A stretch of DNA of 63,930 bases, filler included, from Sandaracinaceae bacterium (lineage in GTDB: Bacteria > Myxococcota_A > Polyangia > Polyangiales > JADJQN01): assembly GCA_947483975.1 (NCBI GenBank). It is 3 parts of 3 records of this genome, joined end to end, with 100 filler letters (N's around TTAATTAATTAA, not from the genome) between each part and the next. Parts side by side here need not be neighbours in the genome. Positions count along the whole stretch, not along the records: positions 1 to 25,553 come from CANKOL010000029.1; positions 25,654 to 51,146 come from CANKOL010000030.1; 1 more part is not named here. One strand, 5' to 3'. The notes under the pieces are model-generated. The model was not told the origin of the DNA. It saw nothing but the letters and a program-made list of their open reading frames with translations, and did no database searches. Below are positions 23,496 to 31,686 of this stretch, in pieces. The position numbers and the translations under genes were made by a program. The number at the start of each line of letters is the position of its first letter. The stretch's first letter is position 1.

Positions 23496-23819
23496 ATGCC
23501 GAAGCTCAACTGCTGGGAGTCGCAACGGTGTGGCCGCGAGCCTGGAGGGAGGCGCGTCGCGGCGCTTGGGCTTTGCCCGGCGGCCACGACGACCGAGGTC
23601 GAGGGCATCAACCATGGTCGCGCGGGCGGCCGAGTGTGCTGGGCGATCGCCGGCACGTTCTGCGGCGGGGGCGTGCAAGGGACGGCCGCGCAGAAGGGCG
23701 AGTCCTGCATGAGCTGCGAGTTCTTCCGCACCGTCGTGCGGGAGGAAGGGCGCAATATCGCCTCCGGGCAGGCGGTCCGCGACGCGCTCGGGGTGCTCGA
23801 CGCGACCGGCTCGGACTAG
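23496..23819 (+). CDS. Two-CW domain Cys-rich protein
   Basis: NCWE...CGRE...CPA...GRVCW.IAGTFC...C.SCEFF pattern. Confidence 0.8.
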   Translation: MPKLNCWESQRCGREPGGRRVAALGLCPAATTTEVEGINHGRAGGRVCWAIAGTFCGGGVQGTAAQKGESCMSCEFFRTVVREEGRNIASGQAVRDALGVLDATGSD

Positions 23820-25168
23820 GGGGGCACGCGCACGCCGGAGGGGGTCTGCGCGTCGAGGACGCGCAGGACGTTCTCGGCAGCGATCGTGCGCACGTCGAGA
23901 CCTCGCGCGCTGAGGGCGTCGCGTAGAACGCCGAGGTCCGAGGCATCGTCGAGCCCCGCGGGCAGCTCCCCGATGCCGTCGAAGTCCGAGCCGAGGCAAG
24001 CGGCGCCTGGACCCGCGACGCGGACGACGTGCGCGACGTGATTGACGAGCAGCGCGACGGTCGGTCGGTGCAGCGTCGGGTCGAGGCGGAGCGCGAGGGC
24101 GAGGCGCGACGGGCCGCCGCGCGCGGTCGAGGAATTGCCGGTGGCTTCGAGCGCGTCGAACTCCGCGCGGTGTGCGCGGACGACCGCGCGCTGCTGAGCG
24201 CCGTACGCCGCGTCGAGGAACTGCGGATAGAAGTTGACGCAGACCGCGCCTCCGCCGGCAGCGATGCGCGCGAGCAGCGCGTCGGGCAGGTTGCGGCGGT
24301 TGTCGGAGAGCGCACGCGCGGCGGAGTGGGACGCGAGCACCGGGCGCGTCGTCACGTCGAGCACGTCGGACACGGTCTGGTCGCTGACGTGGGAGACGTC
24401 GGCGATCATGCCGAGTTGGTTCATCTCGCGGACCGCGCGTCGGCCGAGGTCCGTCAGCCCGAGCTCGGGATGCGCGCCGGTCGACGCGTGGGCGAGCGCG
24501 TTGTCGTTCGTCCACGTGAGGGTCAGGTAGCGCGCGCCGAGCGCGTACAACTCGCGGAGGCGCGCGAGGGCTAGCTCGGGGTCGTCCGTCCCGAGCGCGT
24601 GCGCGCCCTCGACGCCGATCAGCAGCGCGATGCGCCCGCTCGCCGCTGCGCGCCGGACGTCGTCGGTCGTCGTGCAGAGCGCGGCCTCGTCGGGGTGCTG
24701 CGCGGCGAGCGCGCGGACGGCGTGGGTGAGGGCGAGCGCGCGCTGCCACGCGGCTTCGCCCCGAAATTTGCGCGGGTTGACCCAGACGCTGAAGAAGCCG
24801 CCGCTGAGCCCGCCTTCGCGCATCCGGGGGAAGTCGACGTGGCCGTCCGCCAGGCGCTGGGCGAGGTCGTCGTGCGCGTCGAGCATGCGCTGCGTCGTGT
24901 CCATGTGCGTGTCGAGCGTGAGCAGCGGCGGCGCCGGGTCGGGCGTGGCCGGCGGCGACGGCGCGGGCGCTGTGGTCGGCGACGGGGGAGTCGGCGGGAG
25001 CGCGACGGGCGCGGCCGTTTCAGTCGTCGAGGTAGGGGGCGTCAGCGCGACGGGCGGGGGCGGTGCGGCGCTCGAGGGCGTAGCGCCGCAGCCCATAAGC
25101 AGCAGGAGCACCTGGGAGCAACACGTCGCCCGTTGTGAGCGCGTCGCGGGGCGCCGGAGGGGCGCCAT
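23816..25168 (-). CDS. Membrane dipeptidase (peptidase M19) lipoprotein
   Basis: DTHMD, GVEG, DVSH, ASHS, LGSDFDG motifs. Pro-rich linker after LMGC. Confidence 0.9.
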   Translation of the reverse strand: MAPLRRPATRSQRATCCSQVLLLLMGCGATPSSAAPPPPVALTPPTSTTETAAPVALPPTPPSPTTAPAPSPPATPDPAPPLLTLDTHMDTTQRMLDAHDDLAQRLADGHVDFPRMREGGLSGGFFSVWVNPRKFRGEAAWQRALALTHAVRALAAQHPDEAALCTTTDDVRRAAASGRIALLIGVEGAHALGTDDPELALARLRELYALGARYLTLTWTNDNALAHASTGAHPELGLTDLGRRAVREMNQLGMIADVSHVSDQTVSDVLDVTTRPVLASHSAARALSDNRRNLPDALLARIAAGGGAVCVNFYPQFLDAAYGAQQRAVVRAHRAEFDALEATGNSSTARGGPSRLALALRLDPTLHRPTVALLVNHVAHVVRVAGPGAACLGSDFDGIGELPAGLDDASDLGVLRDALSARGLDVRTIAAENVLRVLDAQTPSGVRVPP

Positions 25169-25169
25169 C

Positions 25170-25553
25170 TCAGCGCTCTTCGACGCGCAATGACACTCGG
25201 ATCTGGACGACGCCGCCCGTGTCGGTGGGGCCGAAGTTGAGGCGCCGGAGCTTGTTCGCTACGCACGACGCGAAGGCGTGCGGTTCGTCGTTGCCTGCGG
25301 CCGCTTGGGCGGCGATCACTCGTCCATTCGCCGCGACGTCGACGTCGAACTCGCGCCCGCAGTTTACGGTCGGCGCGGGCTCGGTCCGGGGCCAGCAGTC
25401 GGCCCAGCCGCCTTCCGCTTCGATCGGGTCGCGCATCGCCGCGCTGCTCGCCAGGCCGCCGTAGCGTCCTCCGCTGAAGGCCACGTAGGGGGGAGGATAG
25501 ACGGATCTCGACGTGCCTTGCGCGGCCGGCCGGACAGCAGGCGCGTTGACGAG
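25170..25553 (-). CDS. Partial protein with AgmX/PglI (TonB-C-like) C-terminal domain
   Basis: DCW...FDVDVAANGRV...CVANKLRRLNF pattern. Frame stays open up to the contig end. Confidence 0.45.
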   Translation of the reverse strand, partial: LVNAPAVRPAAQGTSRSVYPPPYVAFSGGRYGGLASSAAMRDPIEAEGGWADCWPRTEPAPTVNCGREFDVDVAANGRVIAAQAAAGNDEPHAFASCVANKLRRLNFGPTDTGGVVQIRVSLRVEER

Positions 25554-25653
25554 NNNNNNNNNNNNNNNNNNNNNNNNNNNNNNNNNNNNNNNNNNNNTTA
25601 ATTAATTAANNNNNNNNNNNNNNNNNNNNNNNNNNNNNNNNNNNNNNNNNNNN
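25554..25653. other. Artificial contig linker / gap
   Basis: N-run + TTAATTAATTAA (stops in all frames) + N-run. Confidence 0.97.
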
Positions 25654-25925
25654 ACGACGTGCAGGCGGACCTCGCTGCGCACACAATGGGACGTCGCCGA
25701 CGGGCGCGAGGTCGCTGACGACTACATCACAGGAGCCGGCAGGTTCGTCTCGCGAGGGGCGGGCCTGCCGGTCGCCGCTTCCGCGCCCGCGCGGCCCTTT
25801 TCTTTGCCGACACGGTGCCGCCGGCGTCACGCCAGCGAGGGAGGCAAGGATGTCGGGCAACTGCGGGCGCTCGCTGCGCCGCCATAGCGGTTGCCTGGGC
25901 TCCGAGCCGATACACGATCACGCCG

Positions 25926-26684
25926 ATGGCTGCCTGTGATCAGACGAAGACCGTCGATGATCTTGTCGAACTGTGGACTGAGCTTGCCTCGATCCGTCTC
26001 GAACTGCAGCGACGCATCGCCATGTTGGGGACCTGCATTCTTGAGTCCGCGGACGGAAGGGCGGCGCTTTGTGATGATGGCCATGGCGATGTCGCCCGCC
26101 TCGCCCTGACCCATTTGGAGAACGAACTCGAATCGGCGCGTGCGGCCCTTGGTGCGTTCGAGAAGGAGCTTGCACGGCACCTGGGACGGGTCTCGCCACC
26201 GTGGGAGCTCCCTGCAAGGTTCGCGAACATCTCGGTGCCCGGCACTGCGCCCGAGCGACAGCAGGCGCTGCTTGCCGCCATCAAGGCCGTGATCCCGCTC
26301 ACGGGAGAGAGACTGAAGCACCTGCGTTCCCAGAAGAAGGCGAAGACGAAGGGCAGCTCGGCGGGTACGGGCAAGCCCCCGGTGATGGCCAACAAGGTGA
26401 CCCCATCCATCGCGCAGGCACGCCTGGCGAACGTCGCCCTGGCCTTGCTCCTGGCGGCTGACGCCGTTCACTCCCGGTTCAACCGAGCTCCCTATCGAAC
26501 GGGCAGTTGGGCCACCTCGATGAAGGTGATGGAAACGACGATCGAGGGTGACCAGGTCACGGAGATTCTTAGGGGAGAAGCCCGCGGCATCCGTGGGTCG
26601 GCGCGGGCCGCCGCTGAGGAGGTCGTCGGGCAGTTCATCGGCATCTCCGGCTCCGCGGTGCGGAAAGCGACCCGCAGCGGCTAG
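25926..26684 (+). CDS. Hypothetical (orphan) protein of the element
   Basis: About 252-aa ORF, helical, visibly lower GC. No motif recognised. Confidence 0.55.
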   Translation: MAACDQTKTVDDLVELWTELASIRLELQRRIAMLGTCILESADGRAALCDDGHGDVARLALTHLENELESARAALGAFEKELARHLGRVSPPWELPARFANISVPGTAPERQQALLAAIKAVIPLTGERLKHLRSQKKAKTKGSSAGTGKPPVMANKVTPSIAQARLANVALALLLAADAVHSRFNRAPYRTGSWATSMKVMETTIEGDQVTEILRGEARGIRGSARAAAEEVVGQFIGISGSAVRKATRSG

Positions 26685-26770
26685 CCTCGGCGGTAGGTCC
26701 GCTTGGAACGACTTGCCAGCGGAGTGTAAGGGAAGCGCCTCGGCATCAGCGGTACCTCGCGTCTACCGCC

Positions 26771-27046
26771 ATGAACCGAAGGTATCTGACGCTCGCTGAG
26801 GCTGCAGAAGTCGCGCGCGTCTCGACGAGCACGCTCCGCCACTGGATTCGAACTCGCGGTCTCCGCGCGTTTCGTCCGGGACGCCGGGTGCTGCTCGTCG
26901 AGACCGAGCTTCACGCCTTCGTCGAGCGCCGGACCCGAGGTCAGGCGGCGTGCGCCAACCAACAAAGTGAAACGCCGAGCCTTGCAGGGCTCGGCGCTTC
27001 CGGAGGTTCCGACGATGCCACCGCCGAACGCCAAAGCCAATGCTAG
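26771..27046 (+). CDS. Excisionase-like HTH (HTH_17) DNA-binding protein
   Basis: YLTLAEAAEVARVSTSTLRHWIRTRGLRAFRPGRRVLL pattern. Confidence 0.88.
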   Translation: MNRRYLTLAEAAEVARVSTSTLRHWIRTRGLRAFRPGRRVLLVETELHAFVERRTRGQAACANQQSETPSLAGLGASGGSDDATAERQSQC

Positions 27047-30000
27047 CTCAAGTCAGCCCGTCCCGCCTCCGCAAAGAGCTTTCGAGGTCCAGCTACGCGC
27101 CCGTGAACAGCCGGCTTCAACAGCGAGGCGCTTCAAGGAGCGCGACGTGCAGGCGACGCTCCTCAAGACACTGACAGCCGACGTCACGGTGCTGTCTGAA
27201 CCGATCCTCTCATGGTCGGCGGAGTGCGGCGCGGACGCAGTGTGCGTGGACATCGACGCCCCTGACGCCGAGAGCGCGCTGTCGCTGCATCACCTCGTGG
27301 ACCGATACTTCCCTGAGACGCTGCCCCGTCCCCTGTTCGCCTATCGCTCACATGGCGGCGGTCTGAAGGCCGTGTTCGTGAGCGTCGGCGGCGTCCCCGC
27401 GATTGATCTCGCAGCGGCCTGGTACGTGCTCGCGCCGCTCGGCGTGCTGGCAACGTGGCGGGCTGAGGTTAAGCGAGACCTGCGGCATCCGCGAGGCCTT
27501 CGCGAGCGGGATGGCGCGTCGGAGCGGTGCGGCCCGCTCGCACAGTTCTCCCCCTCGGCGAGGCTCGTGCTTCCACGGGAGACTGCAGCTGAGGCAAGCG
27601 CGAGCGATGTCGCTGACTGGCTCCAGGCGCACGATCTCGAGATGGGGCGTCGCTCCGCCGCGAACTGCCCGATGCCGGGCTGCGGACGAGAGACGGCGAC
27701 CTCGGGGTCGGACCCGATAGACGTCAGCGAGCGCGGCATCCGCTGCTTCCGCTGCAGCCGATTCGAGCGGTGGGGCAGCATCGTCTACGGCGCCGCAGGT
27801 CTCTCCGCGCTGGCCAGCGCGGCGCGCGAGCGGGTTCACTTTGGTCACCAGCGCTACGTGCTTCGGCACGCGCATCCGAAGGCCGACGAGTCGCTGCTGC
27901 GGCAAGGCTGGTGGGTGCTCCTGCACGCGGGAGCGCAGTGCTTCCCTCCGCCGCCCGAGGGATCGCCGGAGTGGGAGCCCTACGCCAAGGCGCGCCCGGC
28001 GTTTGCGGCCGCGATGAGCGACGACCTCGGACTCGTTCGAGGCGTCGATGGATCCTGGCTGCAGGCGGGGACGCTGCGGCGACGCATGAAGCTGACGACG
28101 ATTACGGCGCGCGCGCTGCCGTGGGTGTCCACGCCGTCGCGGGTCGATGAGGCACTCGACGTGCTTCCTCTCGCGGGGTTTCAGCCCGTCTACGCCGTCA
28201 ACCACGGCCTACTCCTGCCCCCACGGTTTCAACCGCCAGAAGGCGCGCTGCTCGTGCGGCGCGGGCCTGTCGATGGTGAGCTCGCCCCGGTGGATGTCTC
28301 GCGTCGGCCGAGCCCGCTCGAGGTGGAGGCTGCATGGGTCGAGCTCGAGCGCCTCCTGCCCGGGCTGGATCGAGGGTATCTCTCCGCTCTCGTTGCGGCT
28401 GCGCTGCGAGCTCACGACCCGACCGGCGTGCCACCGATGGCGGTGGTCACGGGCGGCTCCGGCGCCGGCAAGAACACCACGCTCGAGATCGCGGCGAGCA
28501 TCGTCGGCACGCGCGTCGCCGGCTGCAAGCTCAGCGATCCGAAGGAGACGTTGCGCGACTTCGGACTCGCGCTCGAAGACGGCTCCACGATCTTGAACGT
28601 CAACGAAGTCGGGCGAACGCCCGCGGTCTACGCGAAGTTGGAGGCCCTCCTTCGAATCGGCGCGACCCTCCGGTTCGACGCAAAGCACCGCAACGAAGTG
28701 ACCGTCCCCTTCCGGGCCGCCATCGTGATCACGGGCTCGACGCTGCCGCCGGCCGTCGTGAGAGCACCAGAGATTGCGCGGCGCACCGTGGCTTGGAGAT
28801 TGACGGCGCCGGACGGGCAGTGGCGACGCAACGGCGAGCTGAGCCGAGCGCGTCACAACGCTGCACTTCGAGGGCCGCTCGACATCGTCGCAGCGGACAT
28901 TTGGTGGCTGCTCGAGGGCGACCAGCGAGATTGGCAGGTCCTGGCTCGTGAGCGTTTCGGTGGTTCCGACGTCTCCGAGCTCGACCTCGAAGACCTTGGC
29001 GGCGAGGAGCGTGCCGGCTTCCTACATGCGCTCTATGAAGCGTATCGCACGGCGGATTTCAACTCCCACGTCGAGCTCCGCGGCGGGCCTGCCTGGCTTG
29101 CGATGCCTGCCCACGGCAGGTTGTTCCCGATGCTTGCAGAGCTCGTTGACGGTGACAACCCTGAGCGAGTCGCGGCGGTGCTTCACGACCTTGAGCGCGT
29201 GGACCTGGGACCGATCCTTGGTTTCAAGAAGCCGCGCTTCACGATTCTGATTCGACAGAAGCGCGGAGAATGGCGCTTCAAGGTGATTCAGGTTGACTGC
29301 CCGCGCGGCCGAGGCCTCCCGTGCGCAGAGTGGCCGGCCGCGACGCGCCGAGGAGAAGTCGAGCGGGTCAGCCCACTGGTCCGTCGCTCCGCGACGCTTG
29401 CGTGGCGCAACGTCACGTTCGACTCAATCCTCAATGAAAACAGCGTTACGCCCGTCACGCAGGCTTCTGAGGAGAAAGTTTCAGATGAAGAGGGCATAGA
29501 TGTCGCCTCAGCGGCGGAGGAAGCCGCCGTCGTGGCGTGCGTGACGAGCGTGACGCCGGAAACCGCGCTCGCGCTCCTCGCCGTCGGAGGTACGCTGGAG
29601 CTGCACGGTGCCGAGAATCCCGCCATCCGGTGGCAGGCCTCCGATGCCGCACCGCGCGCCGCCGTCGAGTGGGCGCAGGCCTGCAGGGTCATCGTCACGA
29701 GCGACGTCGTTGCGTCGGGCGTCCTGCCGCTGACGGATCCGAGCACCGTCGTCATCACGATGGCGTCCGCGGCGCGCATCACGGGGTCGGTCGTGCCGAC
29801 ATCGGTCGGTCCCAAGGCGGTCGCGGAGATGCTGAGCCTCGGGGCGCGCGTCTTCGTGCAGACGCCCGCCACCGAGCGAGACATCCTCGACGAAGACGGC
29901 ATCATCAACGCCCGCGGCTTCGCCATCGACGTCGAGCTCGCGCGCGCGCTGGCCGAGGTCGGCAACGAGTTCGCAGTGACGGCACAGACGGGAGCCGGGG

Positions 30001-31238
30001 TGGCGTCGGGAGACGTCAGCGATCCGCGGCGCCTCAAGGCCGCTCTCGCCGAGGCCGGTCTCGATGTGGCCGATGTTCAGCGCGGAACGCTCGAGGCCGC
30101 AGCCGACCGGTCAGACCTGTCGGACGACGCGCGACAGATCATCGACGCCCGCATCGCCACCGCGAGCAACACGACCTCCAAGTTGGCCGCGGCGCTCGAT
30201 GCCGTGCGGTTGGACGGGCGGGTGCGCGGCACCCTCGTCTACGCGGGCGCGCACACGGGGCGGTGGACCGGGCGCGGCTTCCAGCCGCAAAACCTGCCAC
30301 ACGGCCTCGAGACGGACGTCGAGCCGATCATCGCCGCGGTCATGGCGCACGACGTCAAGAAGTTGAAGGCGCACGCGAAGCGTCTCGGGGTCGCTGGCGT
30401 GCCGGCGCTCCTGCGGTCGCTTGTGCGCTCGATCATCGTCGCCAAGCCCGGGCACGTCCTCGTCGCGGGAGACTTCGCGCAGGTCGAGCCGCGGATCCTC
30501 GCCTGGCTCGCGGGCGACGACGCGAAGCTCGCGCTCTTCCGAGAGGGCACCGACGTCTACCGCGCGTTCGCAGCACCTCTTCTCGGGGTCGCGGCGACCG
30601 ACGTGACGGCGGCACAGCGCAGGCTCGGCAAGGTGGGCGAGCTCGGCTGCGGATACGGCATGAGTGCGGACCGCGCAGAGGAGTACGGCGAGACGCTGGG
30701 CGTCGAGTGGAGCAAGTCGGCGCTTACCGCGCAGGCGGTCGTCAGGGGGTGGCGCGCCGCAAACCCGCTGGTCGCAGGTGCAAGCGGGCTATGGAGCAAC
30801 TTCGAGCTCGCGTTCGGGCTCGCGCTCGAGGAGGACCACGAGCTCGGTCGCGTGAGCTTCGAAGGGGACGGGCCTGACGTTCTCGTCGAGCTGCCGTCCA
30901 CGCGGAAGCTGCGGTACCGCAACGTCGAGAGCGTGGTGGATGCCCAGGGACGCACCCAGATCAGCTACGAGCAGAAGGGACGCCGAGTCCGGACCTGGGG
31001 CGCGAAGCTGGTCGAGAACATCGTCCAAGCGATCGGTCGAGACCTCCTCGGCGACGCGCTCGTGCGGCTCGAGCGGAAGGGGCTCCCGCCGGTCTTGCAC
31101 GTCCACGACGAGGTCGTCGTCGAGGTGCCGCAGCCCGGGGACGCGACGCTCGTCGAGCGCCTGCTGGTCGAGCCTCCGTCATGGGCCACAGGACTGCCTC
31201 TTGCCGCAGAGGTCACCGTCGGCAGGAGGTACTCGTGA
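27015..31238 (+). CDS. Fused AEP primase - Zn finger - SF3-like helicase - family A DNA polymerase (~1407 aa)
   Basis: GGAGG RBS at 27002. VCVDID and YRSHGGGLK (AEP-like). CPMPGC...CFRC. GGSGAGKNT Walker A. PolA motifs HTGRWTG..QPQNLP, GDFAQVEPR, RRLGKVGELGCGYG, ENIVQAIGRD, LHVHDEVV. Confidence 0.85.
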   Translation: MPPPNAKANASSSQPVPPPQRAFEVQLRAREQPASTARRFKERDVQATLLKTLTADVTVLSEPILSWSAECGADAVCVDIDAPDAESALSLHHLVDRYFPETLPRPLFAYRSHGGGLKAVFVSVGGVPAIDLAAAWYVLAPLGVLATWRAEVKRDLRHPRGLRERDGASERCGPLAQFSPSARLVLPRETAAEASASDVADWLQAHDLEMGRRSAANCPMPGCGRETATSGSDPIDVSERGIRCFRCSRFERWGSIVYGAAGLSALASAARERVHFGHQRYVLRHAHPKADESLLRQGWWVLLHAGAQCFPPPPEGSPEWEPYAKARPAFAAAMSDDLGLVRGVDGSWLQAGTLRRRMKLTTITARALPWVSTPSRVDEALDVLPLAGFQPVYAVNHGLLLPPRFQPPEGALLVRRGPVDGELAPVDVSRRPSPLEVEAAWVELERLLPGLDRGYLSALVAAALRAHDPTGVPPMAVVTGGSGAGKNTTLEIAASIVGTRVAGCKLSDPKETLRDFGLALEDGSTILNVNEVGRTPAVYAKLEALLRIGATLRFDAKHRNEVTVPFRAAIVITGSTLPPAVVRAPEIARRTVAWRLTAPDGQWRRNGELSRARHNAALRGPLDIVAADIWWLLEGDQRDWQVLARERFGGSDVSELDLEDLGGEERAGFLHALYEAYRTADFNSHVELRGGPAWLAMPAHGRLFPMLAELVDGDNPERVAAVLHDLERVDLGPILGFKKPRFTILIRQKRGEWRFKVIQVDCPRGRGLPCAEWPAATRRGEVERVSPLVRRSATLAWRNVTFDSILNENSVTPVTQASEEKVSDEEGIDVASAAEEAAVVACVTSVTPETALALLAVGGTLELHGAENPAIRWQASDAAPRAAVEWAQACRVIVTSDVVASGVLPLTDPSTVVITMASAARITGSVVPTSVGPKAVAEMLSLGARVFVQTPATERDILDEDGIINARGFAIDVELARALAEVGNEFAVTAQTGAGVASGDVSDPRRLKAALAEAGLDVADVQRGTLEAAADRSDLSDDARQIIDARIATASNTTSKLAAALDAVRLDGRVRGTLVYAGAHTGRWTGRGFQPQNLPHGLETDVEPIIAAVMAHDVKKLKAHAKRLGVAGVPALLRSLVRSIIVAKPGHVLVAGDFAQVEPRILAWLAGDDAKLALFREGTDVYRAFAAPLLGVAATDVTAAQRRLGKVGELGCGYGMSADRAEEYGETLGVEWSKSALTAQAVVRGWRAANPLVAGASGLWSNFELAFGLALEEDHELGRVSFEGDGPDVLVELPSTRKLRYRNVESVVDAQGRTQISYEQKGRRVRTWGAKLVENIVQAIGRDLLGDALVRLERKGLPPVLHVHDEVVVEVPQPGDATLVERLLVEPPSWATGLPLAAEVTVGRRYS
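29443..29556. repeat. 18-bp inverted repeat pair made of CGTCACG/CGTGACG units; candidate replication origin
   Basis: GCGTTACGCCCGTCACGC (29443-29460) and GCGTGACGAGCGTGACGC (29539-29556) match 16/18 as reverse complements, with an AT-richer tract alongside. Confidence 0.6.
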
Positions 31239-31444
31239 GCAGCCCGGTCATCCTCATGTCGCCCGAGGACCTGCGCGAGCTCGTTCGCTCGGCCGTCGGA
31301 GAGGCGCTCGACGGTCAGCGTGCCGAAGAGCGCGCCGACGGGGCTGATGCAACCGACGCGTGCGTACCGGTTGCCGGGTCGGCTCTGACGGATCAGGTTG
31401 GCTTCGACCGTAGCGCGCTGGTCGCGTCGGGGAGGCGGTCGTGA
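31235..31444 (+). CDS. Small hypothetical protein
   Basis: GTGA overlap with the polymerase stop. MSSPVILMSPEDLRELVRSAVGEAL. Confidence 0.65.
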   Translation: MSSPVILMSPEDLRELVRSAVGEALDGQRAEERADGADATDACVPVAGSALTDQVGFDRSALVASGRRS

Positions 31445-31686
31445 GCAGGCCGTCCTCGCCCGGTTCAGAACCGGAGCTTGTGGTCGCGATGACCCGGACG
31501 GAGTTGCGGGCGATGCTCGCGGAAGTCGTACGGGAAGAAGTCTCTGCGCGTCGGTCGAAGATGAAGTCGCCGGCACGGAAGTCGGACGTGATCGAGGTGA
31601 GCGAGATGGACCGAGCAGCTGCTCGTGCGGCAGCCCGCCGCGTCGGCTTCATCGTGGGACCGGCGGGCGGGAGGGGGCGTCGATGA
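31441..31686 (+). CDS. Small hypothetical protein
   Basis: GTGA/ATGA overlaps at both ends. LVVAMTRTELRAMLAEVVREEV. Confidence 0.65.
   Translation: MSRPSSPGSEPELVVAMTRTELRAMLAEVVREEVSARRSKMKSPARKSDVIEVSEMDRAAARAAARRVGFIVGPAGGRGRR

Noticed and set aside
25554..25653. TTAATTAATTAA palindrome between N runs (also 51147-51246)
   Set aside because: Artificial all-frame-stop contig linker, not biological. Gene adjacency across it cannot be interpreted.
25654..25920. Short minus-strand ORFs and a T-rich tract at the contig start
   Set aside because: No recognisable coding signal or clean hairpin, and too truncated to call.
27015..31238. Assignment as pipolin (piPolB) or TV-Pol
   Set aside because: Polymerase motifs are conventional phage family A rather than B, and they lie C-terminal to the helicase, unlike TV-Pol-D5 fusions.
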